A stretch of 64,000 bases of DNA from Candidatus Fermentibacteraceae bacterium (GCA_041750285.1 JBGSZS010000018.1:64048-128047), one strand, 5' to 3'. Counted from the first letter of the stretch, positions 37,136 through 47,446 are shown. The notes: a model not told the origin generated them from the sequence alone. Made by a program: numbers and translations.

Positions 37136-37651
37136 TCAAGGCTCCAAGCGTTTCTGAAGACCGGGGTAGCCCTCGGTGATGCCCTCTTCCGGCGCGAAAC
37201 CAAGCCTTGCCGCGGCGGTCATGACCTCTTCGGGGCTTCCGCCCTCGAGTTCCAGGAAGAGGCCGAAGGACAGTGTGTCCAGACACGCTGTTACCCCGCA
37301 GGGAAGGCGCCATGTCTCCCGGTGCTTGAGGTACTCCCCGGCACGAACGTAGCCAAGTGCCCCGAGCAGGGCCTCGGCTTCGGGGAGCCCCGTGCCGAGA
37401 ACCGTCTCGTGTTCCCTGCGTCCCTTCACCCCGCTGACGGTGATGTGCTTCTTCACTGTCAGGATGACGTCATCACCCCATTGACGGAGCCTCAGCAGAA
37501 CCCCCCCCTTCCTGAGGGATCCATCGGGCGTATCGAAAAGCAGGTTCCTCTCGTCGCCCGATTCGAGGAAACTTGCTCCCGCGTCACCGAAGACCTGCAG
37601 CAGGTCTTCAAAGCCGGTCACACTGAACTTCAGCTCGTACTCGTCCCTCAT
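37136..37651 (-). CDS. CYTH-domain (triphosphate tunnel metalloenzyme) protein
   Basis: EYELKF N-terminal signature, LLRLRQ and alternating charged beta-strand motifs. Confidence 0.6.
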   Translation of the reverse strand: MRDEYELKFSVTGFEDLLQVFGDAGASFLESGDERNLLFDTPDGSLRKGGVLLRLRQWGDDVILTVKKHITVSGVKGRREHETVLGTGLPEAEALLGALGYVRAGEYLKHRETWRLPCGVTACLDTLSFGLFLELEGGSPEEVMTAAARLGFAPEEGITEGYPGLQKRLEP

Positions 37652-37706
37652 CCGGGCCTCCCCTGCTTTGACCTTTCGCCGGCCATAGGGTAGATTTCCA
37701 TCGCGC

Positions 37707-37791
37707 GGAGGACTAGTCTAATCGGTAAGGCAGCGGACTTGAAATCCGCCGGGCTATGCCCATCGGGGTTCGAGTCCCCGGTCCTCCGCCA
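37707..37791 (+). tRNA. tRNA-Ser (anticodon UGA), long variable arm, CCA encoded
   Basis: GGAGGACUAGUCUAAUCGGUAAGGCAGCGGACUUGAAAUCCGCCGGGCUAUGCCCAUCGGGGUUCGAGUCCCCGGUCCUCCGCCA. Confidence 0.85.
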
Positions 37792-37819
37792 GCACAAACA
37801 AAGGGAATATGCGGTTTCC

Positions 37820-38209
37820 ATGTACCTTGGTGACAAACAGCTCATCGTAACGGGAGACAGGGTCCTCGTAAGCCCTCCCACGGCGGGAATGCGTACCGAT
37901 TCGGGGCTCTACCTGCCCGATTCCGCGCAGGACAGCCGCAAGGTTTCGGGCGGCTGGGTCGAGGCGGTGGGTCCGGGCTATCCCCTGGCCCCTGGTTCGG
38001 ACCCGTCCGAGAACGAACCCTGGCGGCCGGTCAAGGCGTCCGAGGTCAGGTTCATGCCGCTTCAGGTGGAAAAGGGTGATTTCGTCCTGTACGTGCTGAA
38101 CTCGGCGTTCGAGATCCATCTGGAAGGCGCGAAGTACTTCGTGGTCCCCAACAGCTCGATTCTCGCCATCCTGAGGAACACACTCGACATCGAGGGTGCC
38201 GAAGGCTGA
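37820..38209 (+). CDS. GroES(Cpn10)-like fold protein with an insertion; standalone, with no groEL nearby
   Basis: Internal ATG with an AAGGGA RBS. LIVTGDRVLVSPPTAGMRTDSGLYLPDSA...VEKGDFVLY...YFVVPNSSILAIL is colinear with GroES. Confidence 0.5.
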   Translation: MYLGDKQLIVTGDRVLVSPPTAGMRTDSGLYLPDSAQDSRKVSGGWVEAVGPGYPLAPGSDPSENEPWRPVKASEVRFMPLQVEKGDFVLYVLNSAFEIHLEGAKYFVVPNSSILAILRNTLDIEGAEG

Positions 38210-38219
38210 ACCCCGCCCG

Positions 38220-38702
38220 TCAGAACAGCATGTAGAGAAGGCTCGAGTCGGCTATCCGCCAGTCACTGTCCTCCCATACCATCCTGAATGAAACCGCTGC
38301 CCCTTCCTGAAACTCCAGCACGACAGTTGCGCTTCGACCCTCGAGGACGGCGTTTTCCATGACTATCCGGCCGGTGTCGGGAAAGACCCGTCCTTCGAGA
38401 AGCCTGCCAACGATCGACTCGAGCGGGAGTTCGGCGATGTCGGAAGGTGAGAGCCTGTCACCGAACCTGGAAAGGGCCGCTTCCAGCATGCCCGGGTTTT
38501 CCGCTCCCAGTACTGCGAGCTGCCCGAACACGTCCTGAAGCCTCTGGCGAAGGTCCCGGGAGAGAAGGGCGGTAACGGCCTGGCCGTCGGCCCTTTCAAG
38601 TGCCAGTAGAAAGTCGAGGGATGTGTCGATGGGGTCGGCCGTAACGACGAGCAACTGACCGCAGACCAGAAGGGCCAGGAAGAACGGTCTTGGGGAGATC
38701 AC
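38220..38702 (-). CDS. secreted hypothetical protein
   Basis: Signal peptide MISPRPFFLALLVCGQLLVVTA. I recognised no family. It lies downstream of the PHP gene. Confidence 0.4.
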   Translation of the reverse strand: MISPRPFFLALLVCGQLLVVTADPIDTSLDFLLALERADGQAVTALLSRDLRQRLQDVFGQLAVLGAENPGMLEAALSRFGDRLSPSDIAELPLESIVGRLLEGRVFPDTGRIVMENAVLEGRSATVVLEFQEGAAVSFRMVWEDSDWRIADSSLLYMLF

Positions 38703-38716
38703 CGGCTGCAGTCCTT

Positions 38717-39679
38717 TCAGGCGAGGGAGCAGGAGATCCAGGTTCTTCCGCTCCTGTAGACCTCGATGTGAACCGGCCCCGGGGAAACCCTGAATTCGTG
38801 GCTTCCCGCCCCGAGAAGCCCTGTGTGCACCGGGGGTCCGAACCCGTCAAGAAGTGCTATCCACCCCTCCCCCGGAAGTTCCAGCCTCAGAAGCCCCGGC
38901 TGACGGCTCGCCCGGAAACCGCGGGCATCGCCGGCCAGGGCATTGCTTACAAAGCATCTGCCCCCGGCAAGGGCTTCGGCAAGCTGGGACGGGTCGTCGA
39001 GGGGACGGTCGAGCAGCAGATGCGTTCGCACCCTTCCGAAGAGGAAACCGTAGGGGAAGACCCTTCGGAAAAGTATCGTGTGCCCGTGTGCGTCCGCCCC
39101 GCCAACAGCGCAACCCCCGAGCCGGAACCAGAAATTCACGGCTTCACGGTTCGGGTGTTTCACGAAGGCATCGGGGTCGGCAATGCGTTTCCCTATGGTC
39201 AGAGGTGAAACTCCCCCCTTCCATGAGCTCATCCAGTTCCAGACCTCGACGCCGTCGAGCAGCGGGTTCTCGCCGAGGCTCCACGGGTAGCCCTCGAAAA
39301 ACGGAATAAGGGGGCTTCTTTCCCTGGGATGTGCCACGACCGCCACTGCGCCCTGCGCCTTCACGTCTTCGAGCTGGTCGAGAATGTGTCTGCCGGGGTT
39401 GAGGTGTCCGGCTCCGAACACGAGAAGGTGGCTCTTCCGGTTCGTGTGCTGAAGCTCGGCGCCAACTATCGACAGCACGCTGCCGTGCCTTGTGCCGTGC
39501 CAGCCCTCGTGAGCAAGGGCGAGCGTGTTGTGGTCGTTGAAGCAAAGGTAATCGAGACCCGCGGCGTCGGCCTGGTCAAGGATCGGTCCGGGTTCCATGC
39601 GGCCGTCGGAGCGGGTCGTGTGCACATGGATCACTCCGACCGCCTCGAAGACCGGAGCGGCCGGCACGGGAAGACTCAC
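38717..39679 (-). CDS. PHP (polymerase/histidinol-phosphatase) domain metal-dependent phosphoesterase
   Basis: IHVHTTRSDG N-terminal PHP motif, plus FNDHNT and VAHP. Confidence 0.7.
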   Translation of the reverse strand: MSLPVPAAPVFEAVGVIHVHTTRSDGRMEPGPILDQADAAGLDYLCFNDHNTLALAHEGWHGTRHGSVLSIVGAELQHTNRKSHLLVFGAGHLNPGRHILDQLEDVKAQGAVAVVAHPRERSPLIPFFEGYPWSLGENPLLDGVEVWNWMSSWKGGVSPLTIGKRIADPDAFVKHPNREAVNFWFRLGGCAVGGADAHGHTILFRRVFPYGFLFGRVRTHLLLDRPLDDPSQLAEALAGGRCFVSNALAGDARGFRASRQPGLLRLELPGEGWIALLDGFGPPVHTGLLGAGSHEFRVSPGPVHIEVYRSGRTWISCSLA

Positions 39680-39683
39680 TGTG

Positions 39684-40877
39684 TCAGCTCCTGCGCCGCT
39701 TGATCTCGCTGATCAGGGCGGGGATGACCTCGAAAAGGTCACCGACGAACCCGTGGGTGGCGAAGGTGAATATCGGGGCGTCGGGGTCGCGGTTCACTGC
39801 GAATATCTCGTCGGATGACTGCATTCCCACGCGATGCTGTACGGCGCCGCTGATGCCCACGGCGATGTACCTTTTGGGCTGCACCGTCTTGCCGGTCTGG
39901 CCGACCTGCCTGGGATAGGGAATCCAGCCCGAATCCACCGCCGCGCGGCTTGCGCCCACGCTCCCCCCCAGAAGCCCGGCCAGCTCGTGAAGCATGTCGT
40001 AGTTCTCGGGACCCTTCATGCCACGGCCTCCCGAAACGATCACCCCGGCTTCGGTCAGGTCCACTTCGGTGCCGCCCGATGGAACGAACTCCTCCAGAAC
40101 GGTCCTGCTTGCTGTCATGGAGTCGCAAACCTCGAGATGCTCGACAGGTCCGGTGCGGGAGGCGTCGGGTTCGAGCTTCTTCATGACGCCGGGCCTCACC
40201 GTGGACATCTGGGGGCGGGTACGGTCACATACTATGGTGGCCATAATGTTGCCACCGAAGGCTGGCCTGGTCTGCATCAAAAGGCCGGTTGAGGGATCTA
40301 TCGCCAGTTCGGTGCAGTCAGCCGTGAGACCCGTGTCGAGAAGCTTCGCCACCCTGGGCATGAGGTCGCGGCCCTGTGTGGTTGCCGCAGCCAGAACGAT
40401 CTCGGGTCTGTCGGTGCGGACCGCATGCAGCAGAACTGCAGCGTAAGGCTCGGTCAGGTAGTGCGCAAGCGCGGGATGGGAGGCGGAGAGGACCCTGTCG
40501 GCCCCGTACTGGATGAGCGTGCCGGGAATGTCGGATGGTTCGGCGCAGACAAGAAGGGCCGTGACCCTTCTGTCTTCTCCCGCAAGCCTGCGGGCCTCGC
40601 CCAGAAGCTCGAGGGTGCTGCGGTCCGGCCGGCCGTCCCTCAGTTCGACGACCACCATTATTCCCGTAAAGCCCTCGAGACCGCTTGCACCGCCGATCAC
40701 GTGATGAAGAACGATGGCGTCGAACGGACACGAGTTGACGCACAAGCCGCAGAGACTGCACGCCGGGGATGCCACCGCCTTCCCGCCATCGAGTGAAAGC
40801 GCGCCCAGGGGGCAGCTGGAAAGGCAGGCGCCGCACCCCACGCATTTGTCGGAAAGGATTTCGAGCCTTGATGTCAT
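39684..40877 (-). CDS. etfA: electron transfer flavoprotein alpha subunit with an N-terminal 2x[4Fe-4S] ferredoxin domain (FixB-like)
   Basis: CVGCGACLSSCP and CSLCGLCVNSCP cluster motifs are followed by the EtfA core (PQMSTVRPGV, YIAVGISGAVQH). The start is trimmed to the ATG at 40875-40877, which overlaps the etfB stop in an ATGA junction. Confidence 0.8.
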   Translation of the reverse strand: MTSRLEILSDKCVGCGACLSSCPLGALSLDGGKAVASPACSLCGLCVNSCPFDAIVLHHVIGGASGLEGFTGIMVVVELRDGRPDRSTLELLGEARRLAGEDRRVTALLVCAEPSDIPGTLIQYGADRVLSASHPALAHYLTEPYAAVLLHAVRTDRPEIVLAAATTQGRDLMPRVAKLLDTGLTADCTELAIDPSTGLLMQTRPAFGGNIMATIVCDRTRPQMSTVRPGVMKKLEPDASRTGPVEHLEVCDSMTASRTVLEEFVPSGGTEVDLTEAGVIVSGGRGMKGPENYDMLHELAGLLGGSVGASRAAVDSGWIPYPRQVGQTGKTVQPKRYIAVGISGAVQHRVGMQSSDEIFAVNRDPDAPIFTFATHGFVGDLFEVIPALISEIKRRRS

Positions 40878-41662
40878 CGTGCGTCCTCCCTTCCCAGGAG
40901 AAGGTCGGCCATGATCGATGCAAGCTCTTCCGGTGTTCCCGTATGAATGCTTCCGCCCGTTCTGGCTTCCGGTGTCGCCGTGGTGACCACCTTGGTGGGA
41001 GAGCCTTCCAGCCCGGTTTCGTAAGGGGTGAGGCCGAGATCTTCGGCGCCCCATGCCACGGGCTTGAACGTCCGTGCCCTCATCTTGCCGCGAAGTGACG
41101 GAATACGAGGTACGTTCGCGTCCTTGAGGACGGTGATGACAGCCGGAAGCGCAACCCTGAGAACCTGAACGCCCGTCTCCACGTATCTTTCGCAAACCAT
41201 GCTGCGGTCCGTCATTTCCCTGACCCTGCCCACGAACGTCACCTGGGGCCAGTCGAGGGATGCGGCGATGCCGGGGCCCGTCTGGGCCGTGTCGCCGTCG
41301 ATGGCCTGCTTTCCGCAGAACACGGCGTCGACGCCGGTCATCTTTCGAACGGCCTCGGCAATGGTGTGGCTGGTGGCCCAGGTGTCGCTTCCCGCAAAAG
41401 CCCTGTCGGTGAGGAGGATGCCCTCGTCGGCCCCCATGGAGACAGCCTCGGTCAGAATGGCCTCTGCCTGGGGCGGACCCATGGTGACGACGGTAACCGT
41501 TCCGCCCAGCTTGTCACGCCACTTGAGGGCTTCTTCGAGGGCGTAGGTGTCGAAGGGGTTCAGGATGCTCGGCACTCCGTCACGGATGAGGGTGCCCCGC
41601 TCATGGTCGATCCGCACTTCAGCGGTGTCGGGAACCTGCTTGACCGCAACGACGAACTTCAA
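40874..41662 (-). CDS. etfB: electron transfer flavoprotein beta subunit
   Basis: MKFVVAVKQVPDT...NPFD is an EtfB N-terminus. Confidence 0.85.
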   Translation of the reverse strand: MKFVVAVKQVPDTAEVRIDHERGTLIRDGVPSILNPFDTYALEEALKWRDKLGGTVTVVTMGPPQAEAILTEAVSMGADEGILLTDRAFAGSDTWATSHTIAEAVRKMTGVDAVFCGKQAIDGDTAQTGPGIAASLDWPQVTFVGRVREMTDRSMVCERYVETGVQVLRVALPAVITVLKDANVPRIPSLRGKMRARTFKPVAWGAEDLGLTPYETGLEGSPTKVVTTATPEARTGGSIHTGTPEELASIMADLLLGREDAR

Positions 41663-41665
41663 TGG

Positions 41666-42826
41666 CTACCTCGCTCCCGCTGCGGTTTCCCGAATGAGGG
41701 CGCTTGCTATGACCGAGCGCTGGATCTGGTTGGTGCCCTCGTAGATCTGTGTGATCTTGGCATCACGCATCATCTTTTCGACCGGGTACTCCTTCATGTA
41801 GCCGTATCCGCCGAGGATCTGGACCGCGTCGGTGGTTACCTTCATTGCCACATCGCTCGCGAACACCTTTGCCATGGCTGATTCCTTCTCGAACCGTCCC
41901 TTGCCCGAGTCGATCATCCTGGCCACGGAGTAGGTAAGGGCGCGGGCGGCCTCGATCGAAGTCGCCATGTCGGCCAGCATGAACTGGATGCCCTGGAAAC
42001 TGTCTATGCGCTGCCCGAACTGGCGCCGCCCCGAAGCGTAGACCAGTGCCTCGTCCAGCGCGCCCTGGGCGATCCCGATGGCCTGGGCCGCGACCCCGGG
42101 TCTGCTGTTGTCGAGGGTTTTCATGGCAACCATGAAACCCATGCCTTCACGGGAGATGAGGTTTTCGGCGGGAATGCGGCAGTCCTCGAAGACCAGTTCC
42201 CTTGTGGAACTGGCACGGATGCCCATCTTGTCTTCCTTTTTCCCGTAGCTGAACCCCGGGGTGCCCTCTTCGACAATGAAGGCGGTTGCGCCGCGTGCGC
42301 CGCGGGTCGGGTCGGTCATGGCGATGACCGTGTAGATCTGGGCTTCCCCGCCGTTCGTTATCCACTGTTTGGTTCCGTTGAGAACGTAGTGGTCGCCGTC
42401 GCGCACGGCCCTTGTCTTGATCCCCGCCGCGTCGCTTCCGGCTTCCGATTCGGTCAGGGCGAATGCGCAGAGCTTCTCGCCCGAGGCCAGGGGGGGGAGG
42501 AACTTCAGTTTCTGCTCTTCGGTGCCGAAAAGAAGAATGGGCATGGCACCCAGGGCATTCGCCGCGTAGGAGACTGCGATACCGCCGCAGGCCCTGCTGA
42601 GCTCCTCGGTCGCCACACAGAGGGCAAGGCTTCCCATCCCGGTGCCACCGTACGCCTCGGGTATGTAGATCGTGAAAAGGTCGCTCTGGGCCAGAACTCC
42701 CATGATCTCGCGCGGAAAACGGTTTTCCTCGTCGAGCTGTGCCCTGACGGGTCGAATGTGTTTGGCGGCGATCTCGGCGCAGATATCCCGAATTGCCATC
42801 AGGTCTTCGCTGAGCATGTAGTCCAT
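41666..42826 (-). CDS. acyl-CoA dehydrogenase (short/medium-chain type)
   Basis: [49 protein letters not shown]. The start is trimmed to MDYMLSEDL. Confidence 0.85.
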   Translation of the reverse strand: MDYMLSEDLMAIRDICAEIAAKHIRPVRAQLDEENRFPREIMGVLAQSDLFTIYIPEAYGGTGMGSLALCVATEELSRACGGIAVSYAANALGAMPILLFGTEEQKLKFLPPLASGEKLCAFALTESEAGSDAAGIKTRAVRDGDHYVLNGTKQWITNGGEAQIYTVIAMTDPTRGARGATAFIVEEGTPGFSYGKKEDKMGIRASSTRELVFEDCRIPAENLISREGMGFMVAMKTLDNSRPGVAAQAIGIAQGALDEALVYASGRRQFGQRIDSFQGIQFMLADMATSIEAARALTYSVARMIDSGKGRFEKESAMAKVFASDVAMKVTTDAVQILGGYGYMKEYPVEKMMRDAKITQIYEGTNQIQRSVIASALIRETAAGAR

Positions 42827-42892
42827 GTCCTTATCCTCCGATTTCGGCGTTCGCACCGGCACGGGCCGACCAGGCCGGCGCGTGACGGGCCG

Positions 42893-44146
42893 TCAGTTGC
42901 CTGTATACTTCCGGAAGGCGAGGGTTACGTTGTGCCCGCCGAATCCCAGTGAGTTGCTCAGGGCAACATGAATGTCTGCCTCCCGGGCGGAGCCCGGAAC
43001 GTAATCGAGTACGCAGCCTTCCCCGGGGTTCTCGTGGTTGATCGTGGGGGGAACAACGCCGTGCTTCAGGGCAAGGCAGGTGATGGAGGCCTCCATGGAG
43101 CCTGCTGCGCCCAGCATGTGCCCGTGAACCGATTTCGTCGATGAAACCATTATCCGATGGGCGTTTTCCTGGCCCAGGGCGCTTATTATGGCCATGGTCT
43201 CGTTCACGTCGTTGAGCTGGGTGGATGTGCCGTGGGCGTTGATGTAGTCGACCGAGCCGGGGTCGATTCCGCCGTCTCGCATGGCGTTGATCATGGCCCT
43301 GCGGCTGCCTTCCCCGCCCTCGGCGGGGGCCGTTATGTGGAAGGCGTCGCATGTCATCCCCGCGCCCACGAGTTCGGCAACGATCTCAGCTCCCCTTGCC
43401 TTCGCGTGGGAAAGCTCCTCGAGGATCAGAACGGCGCCGCCCTCGGACATGACAAAGCCGTCTCGGTCGCGGTCGAAGGGTCTGCATGCCCGGGTTGGCC
43501 TGTCGTTCCAGCCCGTGGAAAGAGCCTTCAGGGCACAGAATCCCCCCAGAGCCATGAAGGTGATGGGGGCTTCGCTTCCGCCTGCAAGGATGACATCGGC
43601 CCTGCCGAGGCGGATCGAGTCGAGTGCGGCAGCCAGAGCATGGCCGCTGCTGGCGCACGCCGTGACCGTACAGTAGTTGAGCGCCCTGGCGTTCAGATCG
43701 ATCGCGACCTGTCCGCACGCCATATTGGAGATCATCATGGGAACGAAGAAGGGGCTTATCCTTCGGGGTCCCCTCTCCATGGCGGTCCGCATCTGTTCCT
43801 CGAACGTGCCGATGCCTCCCACCCCGCTGCCCAGGATAACTCCGACCCGCTCGGGGTCGGGAGGGTCGTCGGCGAATCCGGCAGCGTTCCACGCGTTGAG
43901 GGAAGCCACCCTGGCAAACTGCGTGAACCTGTCGCTCTTCCGGGCCTCGGCAGCTCCAAAATGGGCCACCGGATCGAATCCATTGACCTGCCCTGCGACC
44001 TGGCTGGTGAAGTCGGATGGGTCGATCAGGGTTATACGGCCGATTCCGCTCTTCCCTTCAAGGGCATTGTTCCAGGCTTCCGACGGAGTCACTCCGATCG
44101 GGCTCACAACGCCAAGACCCGTTACAACAACTCGTCTGTGGGACAA
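42893..44146 (-). CDS. fabF: beta-ketoacyl-ACP synthase II
   Basis: RRVVVTGLGVVSPIG and the active-site context TACASSGHA. Confidence 0.9.
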   Translation of the reverse strand: MSHRRVVVTGLGVVSPIGVTPSEAWNNALEGKSGIGRITLIDPSDFTSQVAGQVNGFDPVAHFGAAEARKSDRFTQFARVASLNAWNAAGFADDPPDPERVGVILGSGVGGIGTFEEQMRTAMERGPRRISPFFVPMMISNMACGQVAIDLNARALNYCTVTACASSGHALAAALDSIRLGRADVILAGGSEAPITFMALGGFCALKALSTGWNDRPTRACRPFDRDRDGFVMSEGGAVLILEELSHAKARGAEIVAELVGAGMTCDAFHITAPAEGGEGSRRAMINAMRDGGIDPGSVDYINAHGTSTQLNDVNETMAIISALGQENAHRIMVSSTKSVHGHMLGAAGSMEASITCLALKHGVVPPTINHENPGEGCVLDYVPGSAREADIHVALSNSLGFGGHNVTLAFRKYTGN

Positions 44147-44227
44147 GATTGGTCTCCTCCGCTGTATTCAGCCCGGCGCCGCACACTTGCGCGGCGCCGG
44201 GGCTGTCTGCCGGCAAAGGCTCCGATC

Positions 44228-44467
44228 TTAAACGGAAATGCCCTTGGCCTTAAGGAAATCGATTACGGCTCCCACGGTCTGAAGCTTGCCGGCCTCCTCG
44301 TCGGAAATCTTGAGGTCGAAGGCGTCTTCGAAGTCCATCATCAGTTCGACCTGATCGAGGGAGTCGGCGCCGAGGTCGGTCACGAAATGGGCTTCGGGTG
44401 TAACCTCTTCGGCCTTTACACCAAGCTTGTTCACGATTATCTCGGTAACACGGTTTTCAAGTGACAT
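44228..44467 (-). CDS. acpP: acyl carrier protein
   Basis: 79 aa with the LGADSLDQVELMM phosphopantetheine-attachment motif. Confidence 0.9.
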   Translation of the reverse strand: MSLENRVTEIIVNKLGVKAEEVTPEAHFVTDLGADSLDQVELMMDFEDAFDLKISDEEAGKLQTVGAVIDFLKAKGISV

Positions 44468-44479
44468 TTTATGTCCTTT

Positions 44480-45238
44480 CTATGTTGTAAGGCCGCCATC
44501 AACGGGAAGTACCACACCTGTAATATACCTTGAAGCAGGGCCCGCGAGAAAGGCGACTGCATCCGCGACATCCTCCGGAAGGCCAAGCCTTCCCATCGGG
44601 ATCCTGCGGAGGTAATCGCTGCGGACCTCTTCAGGCAGAATCGCAGTCATTTCGGTCTCGATGAACCCCGGGGCAATGGCGTTCACCCTGACGCCCTTTG
44701 CCGAGATCTCCCTGCTCAGCGCCTTGGTGAAACCGATGAGCCCCGCCTTGCTGGCGGCGTAGTTGGTCTGGCCCGGTGCGCCGATCAATCCCACCACCGA
44801 CGTTATGTTGATGATGGAGGGTTGGCTGGCCCTTAGAAGGGTTCTGAGGAGAGCCCTGGTCACGTTCATGGCGCCGGTGAGGTTTACGGCCAGAACGGAG
44901 TCCCACGCCGACTGGTCCATCCGGAGCAGAAGGCTGTCGCGGGTGATGCCCGCGTTGTTCACCAGACAGCTTATGCCCTGAAGCCCGGTGTTCATCTCCG
45001 CCACGGATGCGGCTACGCTGCCAGGGTCGGCCACGTTCATCACGAAGGGATGGAAGGCCTGCCCGAGATCGTTGGCGGCCGCTGCGAGAGCATCACCGGA
45101 AATGTCGCAGCCTGCGACCTGCCAGCCCTGCGAGATGAGTTTTCCGGCTATGCAAAGCCCTATGCCCCGGGCCGCCCCCGTGACGACCGCGGTGCGGTTC
45201 CCAGCCGTTACTTCCACCGAAGCACCATCCCTCCCCAC
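44480..45238 (-). CDS. fabG: 3-oxoacyl-ACP reductase
   Basis: [12 protein letters not shown] Rossmann motif and the NAG / YxxxK SDR motifs. Confidence 0.85.
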   Translation of the reverse strand: MGRDGASVEVTAGNRTAVVTGAARGIGLCIAGKLISQGWQVAGCDISGDALAAAANDLGQAFHPFVMNVADPGSVAASVAEMNTGLQGISCLVNNAGITRDSLLLRMDQSAWDSVLAVNLTGAMNVTRALLRTLLRASQPSIINITSVVGLIGAPGQTNYAASKAGLIGFTKALSREISAKGVRVNAIAPGFIETEMTAILPEEVRSDYLRRIPMGRLGLPEDVADAVAFLAGPASRYITGVVLPVDGGLTT

Positions 45239-46197
45239 GTGAGTCCGGCGCCGAAAGCGGCCAGGACGAGGTTCATCCCCGGTTTGACCGCGCCGCTTCT
45301 GACCACCTCGTCGAGCGCTATGGGTATCGATGCGCTGGATGTGTTGCCGAACTTGTGGATGTTCACGAAGACCTTTTCCGGCGGGAGGCCGAGCGCCCTT
45401 GCAGTGGCGTCGATTATTCTCACATTGGCCTGGTGGGAGATCAGGAGGTCGACATCGCTCCGTGTGATGCCCTCCTTCTCAAGGGCGAGAAGGGCCGAAT
45501 CGCGCATTGCACGCACGGCGTTCTTGAATATCTCGCCGCCCTCCATGTAGATCGTGTTCTTGCCCTCATCAAGCCCCTCGTGCGTAAGGGGTTCCCGTGA
45601 ACCGCCCGCGGGCTGGGTGAGAAGGGTGCCCAGGGAACCGTCGGCGCCCCAGTGCCAGCCGCCCAGCATGCCGCCGGGGCCCTGGCTGCTCACGGCCACC
45701 GCCCCCGCGCCGTCTCCGAAGAGGACGCAGGTGGACCTGTCCTTCCAGTTCGTGATCCTCGTGAGCGTCTCTCCGCCTATGACGAGTATCCTGTCCAGGG
45801 TTTCGGACACGATGAGGGCCCTGGCCTGGATCAGCCCGTAGATGAACCCGGTGCAGCCAGCCTCGAAGTCGTAGCAGGGAACGTTGGAGAGGCCCAGCCT
45901 GTCGGAGATGATGGCTGCGGTGCAGGGAAACACGTAGTCGGGGGTGACTGTCCCCACGATCACGGCCTGAACGTCTCCGGGTTTCCATCCCGCGGCGTCC
46001 ATTGCCCTGCGCGCCGCCTCGATGGAGAGGTCGGAGGTGGCCTGTGAGGGCTCGGAGATGTGCCTTTCCTTGATCCCGGAGCGAGTGGTAATCCATTCGT
46101 CGCTGGTGTCAACCATACGCTCAAGGTCGGCATTCGTGAGTATTCGGGATGGAACGAAATGCCCCGTCCCCACGATGTAAGCTTGCCTATTGTTCAC
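45208..46197 (-). CDS. fabH: beta-ketoacyl-ACP synthase III
   Basis: [20 protein letters not shown] and AGCTGF. Confidence 0.85.
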   Translation of the reverse strand: MNNRQAYIVGTGHFVPSRILTNADLERMVDTSDEWITTRSGIKERHISEPSQATSDLSIEAARRAMDAAGWKPGDVQAVIVGTVTPDYVFPCTAAIISDRLGLSNVPCYDFEAGCTGFIYGLIQARALIVSETLDRILVIGGETLTRITNWKDRSTCVLFGDGAGAVAVSSQGPGGMLGGWHWGADGSLGTLLTQPAGGSREPLTHEGLDEGKNTIYMEGGEIFKNAVRAMRDSALLALEKEGITRSDVDLLISHQANVRIIDATARALGLPPEKVFVNIHKFGNTSSASIPIALDEVVRSGAVKPGMNLVLAAFGAGLTWGGMVLRWK

Positions 46198-47248
46198 TTG
46201 CCTTTTCCTTTGCGATGAGTTCAGCCATGCTGCTTCTTATCTTTTCCACTGCGCCGGCCCTGCGAAAATCGACCCCCACTTTCAGCGCGTTCCTTATCGC
46301 GTGGGAGCTCGAGCTGCCGTGGGCGACTATGGAGACTCCGTTGAGGCCCAGAAGGGGGGCCCCGCCGTACTCTGCGGTGTCGAGCTTTGTCCAGAGATGG
46401 TTGAAGGAGGGTTTCATGAAGAGGTATCCGAACCTTGAGGCCCAGTGGCGTTTCATCTCAAGGTACAGGGCCCCCCCCACGAGCGATGTCACCGATTCCG
46501 TGAACTTCAGCAGGACATTCCCCACGAAGCCGTCGCAAACGACAACGTCAGCCTCGCCCTTCAGTATTCCGTCGCCCTCGAGGTTGCCCACGAAGTTGAG
46601 CGGCGATTCGGAGAGTTTGCGGTAGACTTCCTGCACGGTGGGGGTTCCCTTCGTGGCTTCCATGCCAACGTTCAGAAGGGCCACCCTGGGGTTCTCGACA
46701 CCAAAGACATCCCTGCTGTAGACACTTCCCATGTAGGCGAAACGGAAGAGCTGTTCGGGCTTGCAGTCGACATTCGCACCGAGGTCGAGGAGGATCGAGG
46801 GGTTGTTCACCGTTGGCAGCGAGCCGGCAATGGCGGGACGCTGGATCCCGGGGATCGTACCCAGCGCGAAGACGCTCGCGGCCATCATGGCGCCCGTATT
46901 GCCGGGGCTTACCATGCTGTGGGCGACACCGCTCTTCTGAAGCCCGGCCATGACGGAGAGGCTGCTGTCAGGCTTGTTGCGAAGTGCATGCGAAGGGTGT
47001 TCGTCCATTCCCACGACCTGGGAGGCGTGCTGAATGGAGATGGGAAGCTTCTGGCCGCCGGCCCTGCTCAGAAGCCTGGCAAGGGTGTCACGCTCTCCAG
47101 TCAGGATGACCGAAACACCCTTCTGCACGGCCTTGGGTAACTCGTCGAAAAAGCGGACCGCTCCTTCGACCACCACACCGGGGCCGTTATCGCCGCCCAT
47201 CGCATCGAGGGCGATGACCACGCTTTCAGTCAGGGGAGCATCCGGCAA
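46187..47248 (-). CDS. plsX: phosphate acyltransferase PlsX
   Basis: IALDAMGGDNGP N-terminal motif. Confidence 0.85.
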   Translation of the reverse strand: MPDAPLTESVVIALDAMGGDNGPGVVVEGAVRFFDELPKAVQKGVSVILTGERDTLARLLSRAGGQKLPISIQHASQVVGMDEHPSHALRNKPDSSLSVMAGLQKSGVAHSMVSPGNTGAMMAASVFALGTIPGIQRPAIAGSLPTVNNPSILLDLGANVDCKPEQLFRFAYMGSVYSRDVFGVENPRVALLNVGMEATKGTPTVQEVYRKLSESPLNFVGNLEGDGILKGEADVVVCDGFVGNVLLKFTESVTSLVGGALYLEMKRHWASRFGYLFMKPSFNHLWTKLDTAEYGGAPLLGLNGVSIVAHGSSSSHAIRNALKVGVDFRRAGAVEKIRSSMAELIAKEKASEQ

Positions 47249-47260
47249 CTGATGAACCCG

Positions 47261-47446
47261 CTACTCTTCCGCGGGTCTGGTCACCATGCGACCATCGTAG
47301 AATCCGCAATGCCTGCAGACACGATGGGGGATCCGGGGTTCACCGCACTGGGGGCAGCTGCTTACGGAACCTGCCACCAGCTTCCAGTTGGCCCTGCGCT
47401 TGTCCCTCCTGGTTGCGGAGGTTCTTCTCTTTGGTACGGGCATCAT
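47261..47446 (-). CDS. rpmF: 50S ribosomal protein L32
   Basis: PVPKRRTSATRRDKRRANWKL. Confidence 0.8.
   Translation of the reverse strand: MMPVPKRRTSATRRDKRRANWKLVAGSVSSCPQCGEPRIPHRVCRHCGFYDGRMVTRPAEE

Noticed and set aside
43157-44464. Plus-strand 435-aa ORF
   Set aside because: Antisense to fabF and acpP.
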